From the NCBI GenBank assembly GCA_965226585.1, contig OZ245366.1, positions 576,001-640,000 of the forward strand: a stretch of 64,000 nt of DNA, written 5' to 3'. How positions within the stretch are numbered: position 1 is the first letter of the stretch; the number at the start of each line of letters is the position of its first letter. Under the pieces are notes generated by a model. That model was given only the letters and a program-made list of their open reading frames with translations, was not told the origin of the DNA and did no database searches. The stretch comes from Thermodesulfobacteriota bacterium (GTDB lineage Bacteria; Desulfobacterota_D; UBA1144; Nemesobacterales; Mycalebacteriaceae). The position numbers were made by a program, and so were the translations under genes. Positions 9,113 to 18,129 of the stretch are shown piece by piece.

Positions 9113-10590
9113 GGAGACCGCCTAGGCTTGCCCCTAAGTTGGAGACCTATCCCTATCAGCTAGATGCTGTTAGGGCAGTTCAATCACTTCCCTATGCGGC
9201 AATTTTTCATGAGCAGGGACTTGGAAAAACAAAAATTGCAATTGATTTGATCCTATCTTGGCTTGAAGGTGATGCGGTAGACACGGTATTTATTGTCACA
9301 AAGAAAATGTTGGTTCAAAATTGGGTCAACGAATTGAAAATTCACTCCTACATAACCCCATATGTACTATCGGAAAAAAAAGGGAAAAACAATCTTGCTC
9401 TCAATTCTCCAGTACTTGTATATGTGATGAATTATGAAGTTGTATCCGCCAATAAAGAACTGATTGACCTTTTCCTCAAGACTTGCCGCGTTGGAGTTGT
9501 GCTGGATGAAAGTCAGAAAATTAAGAACCCAAATGCACAATTAACTCAAGACTTTCTTTCTCTGTCTGACAGTTTTTCCCGTCGAGTAATTTTGACAGGA
9601 ACTCCAGTTGCTAATCGTCCCTATGATCTTTGGAGCCAAATCAAATTTCTTGATTCCGGAGATTCTCTCGGTGATTCATTTTCTGCATTCAAAAATTCAG
9701 TTGATATTCCGAATAGGCGTACAAGTCAGGAACAGTATGGGAAAACTCTTTTGTCCGTTATGGAGAAGATCAAAAGTTTCTCTGTTAGAGAAACCAAGAA
9801 AACTGCTGGACTGAGCTTACCATCCAAAACAATCGTTACCCATTTCGTTGATTTAGAATCTCGTCAAGCAGAGATATACTCATCTTACAAAGATGACCTT
9901 ACTTATGAATTTTCAAGAGAAGGCGAAATTGTTAAAGATGACGCAGATTATATTTTGAAACTTTTGTTGAGATTGGTTCAATGTGCCTCTAACCCAATTC
10001 TTGTTGATCAAAAGTACGACAAGTCACCCGGCAAATTTGTAGAATTAATAAGTCTATTGGAAGATATTGACATTCAAAGCACTAAAGTTATTTTGTGGAC
10101 TGGGTTTATAGAGAATGTAGAGTGGTTTAGCAACAAACTTAAAAGTTTGTCTCCAGCCAAAGTACACGGAAATCTTCCAATTGACAGGAGGAATAGAGAA
10201 ATAGAAAAGTTTAAATCCGATCATTCTTGTAGAATGCTTTTGGCTACTCCGGGAGCTGCCAAAGAGGGATTGACATTGACAGTAGCCAGTCACGCAGTAT
10301 TCTACGACCGAGGTTTTAGTCTTGATGATTATATTCAAGCTCAAGACCGTATTCATCGAATATCTCAGACCGAAGATTGCTTTGTCCACAATTTGATTGC
10401 AAAGCAAACGATTGATGAATGGGTGGATGTATTGCTCAATGCTAAACATCAAGCCGCACAGTTGACACAAGGTGACATTTCAATATCTGAATTTGAAGAA
10501 GAATTTTCTTTTGATATTTCAGATGTTTTAAGTCAAGTCCTTAACTTGAAACTCAACAAATCTGACGGTAATGGAGAAGGAAATGAATGA
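9097..10590 (+). CDS. SNF2-family (SF2) helicase/ATPase
   Basis: HEQGLGKT (I), VLDESQKIKN (II), LTGTPVAN (III), EGLTLT (V), QAQDRIHRISQ (VI). Confidence 0.92.
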   Translation: MAFNLRRPPRLAPKLETYPYQLDAVRAVQSLPYAAIFHEQGLGKTKIAIDLILSWLEGDAVDTVFIVTKKMLVQNWVNELKIHSYITPYVLSEKKGKNNLALNSPVLVYVMNYEVVSANKELIDLFLKTCRVGVVLDESQKIKNPNAQLTQDFLSLSDSFSRRVILTGTPVANRPYDLWSQIKFLDSGDSLGDSFSAFKNSVDIPNRRTSQEQYGKTLLSVMEKIKSFSVRETKKTAGLSLPSKTIVTHFVDLESRQAEIYSSYKDDLTYEFSREGEIVKDDADYILKLLLRLVQCASNPILVDQKYDKSPGKFVELISLLEDIDIQSTKVILWTGFIENVEWFSNKLKSLSPAKVHGNLPIDRRNREIEKFKSDHSCRMLLATPGAAKEGLTLTVASHAVFYDRGFSLDDYIQAQDRIHRISQTEDCFVHNLIAKQTIDEWVDVLLNAKHQAAQLTQGDISISEFEEEFSFDISDVLSQVLNLKLNKSDGNGEGNE

Positions 10591-11629
10591 TAGAAAAATA
10601 ACTATCAAAATACTCAATAGTGAGGTAACTGTCTCGGATGATTATATGTCCATTGAAGACCTTTTGTATTTGAAAGACAACCCAAGGGTATTCTCTTGTG
10701 TTCATGAAGTCGACAACTTTGAAACTCTGTCGCCTATTGAACAGCAATCAATCATCCAGCAAAACCTTCTGAATGAAACGAGTGTAAAAAACTTGAGGCC
10801 TGATATTATATCGCATGGCGGATTGATAGAGCCTATTCTAATTAGATTGGATACAAAAGAAGTTATAGAAGGAAACTCAAGATTGGCAGTTTTCCGCGAC
10901 CTACATGCCAATCCTCATATTGAAGGGGAATGGGATTTAATTCCCTGTCACATAGTTGCCACTCTCTCTGATGAGCAGCAGGATGCTTATCTGAGCCAAA
11001 TTCACGTTAAGGGGAAGACTCCGTGGACTCCATACGGAAAATCTAATTTTGCTTATGTGAGAAGCCAAGAGGGAGTGCCCGTTAACAAGATAGCACAAAG
11101 GTTTGGCGTGACTACAACTGAAATTAAGACAAGGATAAAAACCGTAGATTTAATGAAAAGAAATGGAGACAACAAAAATCATCATTTTAGCTACTACGAT
11201 GTGCTTGTAAGAAACAGAGCAATTTCTGAAGCAATAGACGAGAACTCTGGCAGTATGGAATTGCGTTCATTCTTGCTGGAAGAGATAAAAAATATGGACT
11301 CTGACGATGAAAACCAGAATCCGTTTACAGCACAAGATATGAGAGATAAATTACCTCCGATACTGAAAAAACCAAAGATTTTAAAGAAATATATCAATGG
11401 TAACCAGACACTTGAAGATGCGTATCAATTTTCCCGTATTAGTGATTCCCAACAAAAACTCAGGCGGGCCAACGATTCGATTAGCGATATTGGTAAGAAG
11501 GAGTTAGAGCGTTTGGACCGTAGTGGTCTTAGTGCAGTCAAAATAGAAGTGAGGGATTTGAGTAAGGCAATAGAGAGAATAAAAAAGATTGTTCAAGAGA
11601 TAGAACAAGAATTTCAATCTAAACAGTAG
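10583..11629 (+). CDS. ParB/Sulfiredoxin N-terminal domain protein with putative HTH (island paralog 2)
   Basis: DNPR, GGLIEPI, IEGNSRLA; HTH-like VNKIAQRFGVTTTEI; GGAG RBS before ATG 10583 (alternative ATG 10571). Confidence 0.75.
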   Translation: MNDRKITIKILNSEVTVSDDYMSIEDLLYLKDNPRVFSCVHEVDNFETLSPIEQQSIIQQNLLNETSVKNLRPDIISHGGLIEPILIRLDTKEVIEGNSRLAVFRDLHANPHIEGEWDLIPCHIVATLSDEQQDAYLSQIHVKGKTPWTPYGKSNFAYVRSQEGVPVNKIAQRFGVTTTEIKTRIKTVDLMKRNGDNKNHHFSYYDVLVRNRAISEAIDENSGSMELRSFLLEEIKNMDSDDENQNPFTAQDMRDKLPPILKKPKILKKYINGNQTLEDAYQFSRISDSQQKLRRANDSISDIGKKELERLDRSGLSAVKIEVRDLSKAIERIKKIVQEIEQEFQSKQ

Positions 11630-11685
11630 TGTTCTATTGACAATCAAGACTGATCGGTTTTGATCAATCTCAGAGGGGGAAGCCT

Positions 11686-11880
11686 TTGGGAAAAAAGCAA
11701 ATCAAATGCTTAAAATGCGGCGGGGAAGAGTTTATGACTCTGCCTGACAGTTATTCAATCTATAGAGCGGTAGGAGACAAACTCGGTTTTATTAGAACGG
11801 AACTTACCAATGATGACGATACTCTTTACTGTCGGGATTGTAGCGCGGAACTTGATACGGAAGGCGTTGAGTTTATATAA
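11686..11880 (+). CDS. Small Zn-ribbon protein (CxxC...CxxC)
   Basis: CLKC and CRDC pairs in 64 aa; purine-rich RBS AGAGGGGG before TTG; fills the gap exactly. Confidence 0.6.
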   Translation: MGKKQIKCLKCGGEEFMTLPDSYSIYRAVGDKLGFIRTELTNDDDTLYCRDCSAELDTEGVEFI

Positions 11881-11889
11881 AGAGTACCC

Positions 11890-12360
11890 TCACCCCGTCA
11901 ACCTCATATCAAACTCAAAAGCCAGCGGTTTTGCTTTCTTCACAACCCGCTCAAACCCTTTGTGCTGTGGGTTCAGGATGTAAATCCACTCTCTTGGCAC
12001 AACTGCGCTTGGAACCGCAAGGGCAAGAGATTTGCCGCTTTCAATCCATCTGTTTCCTGCGTCTTTTGTTTCTTGTAAGGGCTTGGGATCCCGCCAGTTT
12101 GCGGGAAGCTTTTTCATTTCAATGTAAATCACATCGCTTTCCTTTAGCCGTAACTCAAACAGGTGGAACGGGCTTTCTGTTGCCTCTCCCTCGGTATTGA
12201 CCAGAACCTCAAGAATTGCCAGCGATTCAGACCCCGCCGTGTAAACACATGCTTCCCCCTTGCTGTTCCATCTTCCGCCGCGCTGACTGGCTCCCTCTCC
12301 GCTAAAGGCGCGAGTCGCGTATTTGTTTGCCACAAGACGATAAACACTTACTGTTCTCAA
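11890..12360 (-). CDS. RES-domain toxin (NAD+ phosphorylase family)
   Basis: VYRL, GGRWN, YTA...LE, VPSA motifs; TTG start at 12360 overlaps antitoxin TGA. Confidence 0.9.
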   Translation of the reverse strand: MRTVSVYRLVANKYATRAFSGEGASQRGGRWNSKGEACVYTAGSESLAILEVLVNTEGEATESPFHLFELRLKESDVIYIEMKKLPANWRDPKPLQETKDAGNRWIESGKSLALAVPSAVVPREWIYILNPQHKGFERVVKKAKPLAFEFDMRLTG

Positions 12361-12779
12361 ACAATTACGCCCCATTCAATGCATTCAAGCAGACCTATGA
12401 CCTCATCGGCTTCCGCAGATGTTCCGAGCATATCAATGGGCTTGCGGTAATCTAGACCCCGGACGGGGCGGGTCATCCAGCGCATCGCCACCTCCCTGTC
12501 TCCGCCGTAAAACTCAGTTGTTACATCCAACACTTTGACAAACCTGTGCAAACGGTCGCTTTCACTCTTGTTGAACTTTTTCGCTCTGGCTCTGCGGCTG
12601 AGAGTTGCCGGAGATATAGACACTATCGCGGCAATCTCTTTCTTGCTTAAACCCGAAACTTCGGAAAGTTTGTTGTAGACCTTGTAGGGAAACCCCTCAT
12701 CCAGAGCCTCGTGAAGCTCCGCGCCCTGCCTCGGAACCCCCGTTTCATACCAGATGTCTTTTTTCTTTTTTGCCGCCAT
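12357..12779 (-). CDS. Xre/MbcA/ParS-type antitoxin
   Basis: HTH (ISPATLSRR), ESDRL.R, RWMTRP..GL...KPIDML, C-terminal IEWGVIV; upstream of RES toxin. Confidence 0.9.
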   Translation of the reverse strand: MAAKKKKDIWYETGVPRQGAELHEALDEGFPYKVYNKLSEVSGLSKKEIAAIVSISPATLSRRARAKKFNKSESDRLHRFVKVLDVTTEFYGGDREVAMRWMTRPVRGLDYRKPIDMLGTSAEADEVIGLLECIEWGVIV

Positions 12780-12789
12780 TTTACGCCAC

Positions 12790-12836
12790 TATCATTTGAT
12801 ATACTCTTACTATATCAAATGATACCCCCGGCGCAA
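12790..12836 (-). promoter_or_regulatory. TA promoter with overlapping 14-bp inverted-repeat operator
   Basis: TATCATTTGATATA-N7-TATATCAAATGATA (12790-12824); minus strand TTGCGC-16-TATAGT with extended TG, -10 box inside the repeat. Confidence 0.75.
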
Positions 12837-12844
12837 AACCACGC

Positions 12845-13753
12845 TCACAAAAGTTTTATCAAATCGTTTATCTCTTTCTCTTTCATCACAACATCCACAA
12901 TCAGCGCGGTCATTATCAGAAGCATGTAGATGATTGAAGCGGCAAATGCGGCTTCGTAGTCTTTTCCTTTTACGGCGCACCTGACCACCATGAAGTTGAA
13001 ATACACCCCCAGCGCAAACGCGGCGGCTGCGAAATAGACCGATGTGATGCCCATAAGAGACATTATCAATGTTAAAGGAATCAACGAAATTGAGTAGAGA
13101 ACTATCAGAATGTTTGTGTATTTCTCGCCAAAAGCGACCGGCAGGACGGTAATGCCCGCTTTTTCATACTCGTGGCTGTATTTCTGCGCAAGCGCCCAGA
13201 AATGCGGCGGCTGCCACAACATCATGAAGGCAAATAAAACAAACCCGTCCATGCCAATCTCAGGGCGCACCGCCGCGTAGCCGATTAAAACCGGAAGCGC
13301 GCCCGGAATGCCGCCCAGTATCGTGCCGAACGGAGAACGCCTTTTAAGAAAAATAGTGTACAAAACCGTGTAACTCACCGCCGCAAGCACAATCAACAAA
13401 GCATTGTAAAGATTTAGCCAGACCGCAGACACCGCCACAGAACCGGCAATCATAACGGACGCCACAACAACGGCGTTGCGCTCTCCAAGCCGCTCAAGCG
13501 CGCCCCGCCTCGCCGTGAGACGGTCCATCATCTTGTCGGCCTTTCTGTCCAGATAATTGTTCAGAATCGCGGAACCCGCCGCGCTCGCAAGAAGCGTCAG
13601 ACAGCCAAGCACAGCGACAGACAAACCCGGAACCGCCTTGCCCGCTATCACCATTCCGGCAAATCCCGTGAAAACAACGCTCAAAATGATTCCCGGCTTT
13701 GAGAGAATCACGGTTGAAACAATCACTTCACTGACGGCTTTTCCGCTGTTCAT
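12845..13753 (-). CDS. cyoE: Protoheme IX farnesyltransferase (heme o synthase)
   Basis: KPGI, NNYLDRKADKMMDR, YT.FLKR, WQPPHFWAL. Confidence 0.95.
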   Translation of the reverse strand: MNSGKAVSEVIVSTVILSKPGIILSVVFTGFAGMVIAGKAVPGLSVAVLGCLTLLASAAGSAILNNYLDRKADKMMDRLTARRGALERLGERNAVVVASVMIAGSVAVSAVWLNLYNALLIVLAAVSYTVLYTIFLKRRSPFGTILGGIPGALPVLIGYAAVRPEIGMDGFVLFAFMMLWQPPHFWALAQKYSHEYEKAGITVLPVAFGEKYTNILIVLYSISLIPLTLIMSLMGITSVYFAAAAFALGVYFNFMVVRCAVKGKDYEAAFAASIIYMLLIMTALIVDVVMKEKEINDLIKLL

Positions 13754-14604
13754 CGCACGGCAACCGGCTCTGAGCCTGAGTTAAACCACCTTAAAAGACT
13801 GTAAGAAAGAATGTGCAGAGCGACAAGCAGATGGAGCGCGGTCGCCGCAAACTGAAGCCCGGAATGAATCATCCCGACACCGATAATAATCTGAACCAGA
13901 ACCGAAGCGAGAATCACATAAGCCGCCTTCCTCTCCGCCCGCCCCGCGCTTGTGTGTGAGAAAACCGCCATTCCAACCGCGAACAGAACAATCACATATC
14001 CCAGAATTCTGTGCGAAAAATGATAGAGAACCGTGCCCGAAAGCTCATCGGGAACCCACACGCCGAGGCATTTCGGAAAATCCTCCCCGCACGCGAGACC
14101 CGCGTGGGAATGGCGCACAAACGCCCCCGCAACCGCCTGAATGAAAACAACGGACGCGAACATAAACCACATCCCGCCCGCGCCCGAAGTCCGCAAGCCC
14201 CCGCCCGCGCCGTCAAACCGGCTCATGTAAAGCGTCAAACAAAATATCAAAATTCCGTTGGCAAAATGAACGGTCGTCAAATCGGTCGGTATCTTCATCA
14301 GAACCACCGCGCCGCCCAGAATTATCTGCGCGACAAGCAGAGTTACCGTGAGAACGGGAACGGCTTTTGCCGGTCCCGCATAAACCTTTATCCGCCTCAC
14401 AGACAGCCAGATTACAAGCACAGACACAAAAGCGCCGATAACACGGTGGAGAAACTCAGCGTATATGTCCCACCGGAGAGGGGGAATAACCTTGCCGTGA
14501 CACAGGGGCCAGTCCGGGCACGCAAGACCCACCTTCAAGCCCGCGACCACATTTCCCCAGACCAGAAGAACCACCAGGGAGACAACAGCCAGTCTGGCAA
14601 GCAT
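13750..14604 (-). CDS. ctaA: Heme A synthase (COX15/CtaA)
   Basis: GLACPDWPLC, EFLHR, repeated GLAC..FPKC, conserved His in TM helices. Confidence 0.9.
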   Translation of the reverse strand: MLARLAVVSLVVLLVWGNVVAGLKVGLACPDWPLCHGKVIPPLRWDIYAEFLHRVIGAFVSVLVIWLSVRRIKVYAGPAKAVPVLTVTLLVAQIILGGAVVLMKIPTDLTTVHFANGILIFCLTLYMSRFDGAGGGLRTSGAGGMWFMFASVVFIQAVAGAFVRHSHAGLACGEDFPKCLGVWVPDELSGTVLYHFSHRILGYVIVLFAVGMAVFSHTSAGRAERKAAYVILASVLVQIIIGVGMIHSGLQFAATALHLLVALHILSYSLLRWFNSGSEPVAVR

Positions 14605-14921
14605 CAGTCCACCGCCGGAATGCGCGAAAAGGTTTCCATAATCGTGAAACCTACGAGCAGGAGAAGAAGCACAAGCGGATATATGGCGTATATCCAGGTC
14701 AGTTTGTCTTCAAACTTCAGGTGCATAAAGTAGAGCGCGACTATCGTTGCCTTTACGGATGCGATGAACATTGCCAGCGCGATGTTGAAATAGCCTCCGA
14801 AGTCTTTTTGCGCGCTCCAGACCGTGAGCACGGTCAACCCCATCAACGCCAGCCATACAAAAACATACTGTCTGGCTCCGTGAGAGTGTTCTTCGTGATT
14901 TGCATTGCTTTGAGACGACAT
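14604..14921 (-). CDS. ctaF: Cytochrome c oxidase subunit IV
   Basis: LMGLT.LTV, IASVKA..V..YFMHLK; GGAGG RBS before ATG 14921. Confidence 0.85.
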   Translation of the reverse strand: MSSQSNANHEEHSHGARQYVFVWLALMGLTVLTVWSAQKDFGGYFNIALAMFIASVKATIVALYFMHLKFEDKLTWIYAIYPLVLLLLLVGFTIMETFSRIPAVD

Positions 14922-14932
14922 TGTTCCTCCGG

Positions 14933-15535
14933 TCATCCTATCAGATACAGTAGCGGGAAAAGATATATCCATATCAAATCAACAAGGTGCCAGTAAAGCC
15001 CCACAAGCTCAACGGGCGTGTTGTATTCGGCTGAGAAAGCGTTTCTCTGCGTGAGAACAAATATGCCGCCCAGAAGCAGAATTCCCACAAAAACGTGAAT
15101 CATGTGAAGCCCGGTCATCATAAAATACAGGGCGAAAAACAGGTTTGTGGACGGGTAGATGTGGTGGCTGAACTTCGCGCCGTATTCAAAATACTTGTTC
15201 ACGCCGAACACAAAGGCGCAGAAAATTGTTATTCCGAGAAAGATAAGAACCTTCTTTTTGTCTCCCTGTTTTGCCGCCGCAACCGCAAGAGCCATCGTTA
15301 AACTGCTGAAAATAAGAACCACCGTGTTGAGGGCTCCGAGGGTTACGTTCAACTCCTCACTGCTTTCATGAAAAAGGACGGGAAACTTGGCGCGGAAAAG
15401 CGCGTACGCCGCGAAAAGACCGCCGAAAAGCAGTACCTCAGTTCCGAGAAACAGCCACATTCCAAGTTTGGAAGACTGATATTCGGTAGCCGGGTCAAGC
15501 TTGTGGCTTTCGTGCTGGTGAGACTCAGATGACAT
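14933..15535 (-). CDS. ctaE: Cytochrome c oxidase subunit III
   Basis: GMWLFLGTE, TGLH..HV, GLYWHLVDLIW. Confidence 0.93.
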   Translation of the reverse strand: MSSESHQHESHKLDPATEYQSSKLGMWLFLGTEVLLFGGLFAAYALFRAKFPVLFHESSEELNVTLGALNTVVLIFSSLTMALAVAAAKQGDKKKVLIFLGITIFCAFVFGVNKYFEYGAKFSHHIYPSTNLFFALYFMMTGLHMIHVFVGILLLGGIFVLTQRNAFSAEYNTPVELVGLYWHLVDLIWIYLFPLLYLIG

Positions 15536-17143
15536 CTATCGCTTATCTCCGTATCCGTAGGTCCAGTCCGTAAAAGTTGGCACTTTGTCAAAGTTCTCAT
15601 GCGGCGGCGGCGATTCCGTGTCCCATTCGGGAGACAGAGAGCCGTAGGGATTTCTTTCCGCCTTCTTTCCCCAGAATATGCCGGCGACAAGGTTTGCTAA
15701 CATCAAAAACATTCCCAGCCCCAATATCCAGGAGCCGTAGGTTGAAACCAGATGCGCCGTGGTGAACTCGTCCGGGTAGCTCGCGTATCTGCGGGGCATT
15801 CCCTGCGCGCCCATTATGTGCTGGATGAAAAACGTTACGTTGAAACCGACAAAGATAAGGAACCATGAGATTTTCGCGGTTACCTCGTTGAAGTCTCTGC
15901 CGAACATCTTGGGAAACCAGAAGTGAAGAGCGCCAAAAAACGCCATCACCGTTCCGCCGAACATAACGTAGTGCATGTGGGCGACAACAAAGTAGGTGTC
16001 GTGCAGGTGAACATCCGCCGCGAGAGCGCCGAGAAACACGCCCGTCAGCCCGCCGACTGTGAAGAGGAATATAAACGAAAGGGCGTAGAGCATTGGCGAA
16101 GCAAGCAGGATGGAGCCCTTGTAGAGCGTGGCTATCCAGTTGAAAACCTTTATCGCGGTCGGTATCGCCACAAGCATTGTTATGAATGAAAACACCTGAG
16201 CCGCGAGAACCGATATTCCGCTTACAAACATGTGGTGCATCCACACGAGGAAACTGATTATCGCTATCCCGAAACTGGAAAACGCTATCGCCTTGTAGCC
16301 GAATATCGGCTTCCTTGAAAACACCGGAATTATTTCCGATATGACTCCCATTCCCGGAATTATCATAATGTAGACCGCCGGGTGAGAGTAGAACCAGAAA
16401 AGGTTTTGCAGAAGTATCGGGTCGCCCCCTTTGGCGGGGTCGAAGAAACCTATGTCAAGCGCTCTCTCCGCTATCAGAAGCAGAAGCGTTATTCCCACAA
16501 CGGGGGTGGCAAGCAACTGAAGAACGGCGGTGGCGTATGAAGCCCAGATAAAAAGCGGCAAACGCCCCCAGTTCATTCCGGGAGCCCTCAGTTTGTGTAT
16601 CGTTACGATGAAGTTCAGCCCCGTGAGAATTGACGAAAAACCCAGAACGAAAATGCCCGAAGTTATCAGTATGACGTTTGTGCCCGATGTAACGCTGTAC
16701 GGGGCGTAGAAAGTCCATCCCGTGTCAACCGTGTTTCCAACAAGGGCGTAGAGAAGAACGGCGGCTCCGGCAAGGTATATCCAGAAACTCGCTATATTCA
16801 GTTTCGGAAACGCCACATCTCTCGCCCCTATCATGAGCGGAATGAGAAAGTTTCCGAAAGACGCCGCGAGACCCGGAACGATGAAGAAAAACACCATTAT
16901 AGAGCCGTGAAGCGTGAACAAAACATTGTAGGTGTGCGGCGAGAAAACATCGCTTTCCGGAGTGGCGAGTTCGTAGCGCATCATAAGGGCGGTTACTCCG
17001 GCGAAGATGAAGAAAAGCGTAAGCGCGCCCAGATACATCAGCCCGATGCGTTTGTGGTCGGTTGACGTCAGCCAGCTCCATATGCCCGTTCCCCCGTATT
17101 CAAAATACGGCACGGTTGCGGTGGTGTTGTTAGTGTCAGACAT
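15536..17143 (-). CDS. ctaD: Cytochrome c oxidase subunit I (A2-type)
   Basis: [40 protein letters not shown]. Confidence 0.97.
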   Translation of the reverse strand: MSDTNNTTATVPYFEYGGTGIWSWLTSTDHKRIGLMYLGALTLFFIFAGVTALMMRYELATPESDVFSPHTYNVLFTLHGSIMVFFFIVPGLAASFGNFLIPLMIGARDVAFPKLNIASFWIYLAGAAVLLYALVGNTVDTGWTFYAPYSVTSGTNVILITSGIFVLGFSSILTGLNFIVTIHKLRAPGMNWGRLPLFIWASYATAVLQLLATPVVGITLLLLIAERALDIGFFDPAKGGDPILLQNLFWFYSHPAVYIMIIPGMGVISEIIPVFSRKPIFGYKAIAFSSFGIAIISFLVWMHHMFVSGISVLAAQVFSFITMLVAIPTAIKVFNWIATLYKGSILLASPMLYALSFIFLFTVGGLTGVFLGALAADVHLHDTYFVVAHMHYVMFGGTVMAFFGALHFWFPKMFGRDFNEVTAKISWFLIFVGFNVTFFIQHIMGAQGMPRRYASYPDEFTTAHLVSTYGSWILGLGMFLMLANLVAGIFWGKKAERNPYGSLSPEWDTESPPPHENFDKVPTFTDWTYGYGDKR

Positions 17144-17175
17144 TGTTTCTATTCCTTTTACTCCTGATTGTGCGT

Positions 17176-18120
17176 TTACTTGAGAGTCTTGACATACTCT
17201 ATTATATCTGAGACCTCACCCTCTGAGAGTATGCCCTTGAACGAAGGCATCACCGGCTGATAACCGGCAACCATTTTTGCCTGCGGCTCGTAGATTGATT
17301 CAATCAGATAGTTCTCGTCCGCGCGTACTTCGCCGCCCCCGACAAGCACTTCCTGCCTGCCGAAAAGACCTTTGAAGGTTGGGGCTATGCCGTCGCTTCC
17401 GTCTATGCTGTGACACGCATTGCAACCTCTGTTGGCGTAAAGTTTCTCGCCCCGTTTGTGAGACGGAAGCGATGAAAGCGCGCCCCCCGCCTCTTCCACG
17501 CCGGCTTTGCCTTCCCAGCGGGCAAACGCTTCGGGGCTCATAACGTTCACGCGCCCGAGCATCTGCGAGTGCCCCGCGCCGCAGTATTCCGAGCAGAATA
17601 TGATGAATGTTCCCACCTTTGTGGGCGTGAACCACAACTGGGAAAACCTTCCCGGAAGAATGTCCTGTTTAACCCTGAAAGCCGGTATGAACAAACTGTG
17701 CAGGACATCATCCGCCCTCATCAGAAGTTTCACCGGAAGATTTTGCTGAACGTAGAGTTCGTTCACGGTCTTTCTGCCGTCTCCGTATTCAAACTGCCAA
17801 AGCCATTGCTTGCCCACAACCTTAACCTCAACCGCTTCCTGCGGGGGCGTTCTGAGTTCGTTGAAAACAACAAGTCCGTGAATGAATATCGCTATCAGAA
17901 TGAAAGACGGAATGACCGTCCAGATTATCTCAAGCGTCTCGTTTCCGGTGATGCCGGGAGTTCGGTCGTTGTCTGTTTTTCTCCTGTATTTCACGGCGAA
18001 CACAACGAGCGCCGTTGAAATCAGTATGAAAAATATGAATGAAATAACGGTTACCGCAACAAGAACATTGTCCACTTTCGGGGCAATTTCAGAAGCGACT
18101 TCCGGGAGCCAACTGTTCAT
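17176..18120 (-). CDS. ctaC: Cytochrome c oxidase subunit II with C-terminal cytochrome c (caa3 type)
   Basis: [23 protein letters not shown]uA site, CNACH heme c motif. Confidence 0.95.
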   Translation of the reverse strand: MNSWLPEVASEIAPKVDNVLVAVTVISFIFFILISTALVVFAVKYRRKTDNDRTPGITGNETLEIIWTVIPSFILIAIFIHGLVVFNELRTPPQEAVEVKVVGKQWLWQFEYGDGRKTVNELYVQQNLPVKLLMRADDVLHSLFIPAFRVKQDILPGRFSQLWFTPTKVGTFIIFCSEYCGAGHSQMLGRVNVMSPEAFARWEGKAGVEEAGGALSSLPSHKRGEKLYANRGCNACHSIDGSDGIAPTFKGLFGRQEVLVGGGEVRADENYLIESIYEPQAKMVAGYQPVMPSFKGILSEGEVSDIIEYVKTLK

Positions 18121-18129
18121 TTTAAAGAG

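Larger units (their letters stand above)
6037..12824. mobile_element. AT-rich genomic island, candidate defence island; no integrase or transposase visible
   Basis: Abrupt drop in GC (roughly 35-42% by eye for 6037-11880, TA part intermediate) and changed codon usage right after the purE stop; nuclease, helicase and TA content; lies between convergent housekeeping blocks. Confidence 0.7.

Noticed and set aside
7645..11629. Island ParB-like genes as a plasmid partition or Dnd/Ssp phosphorothioate system
   Set aside because: No parA or rep, no DGQHR/DGQQR motif, no cysteine desulfurase or PAPS-reductase-like gene
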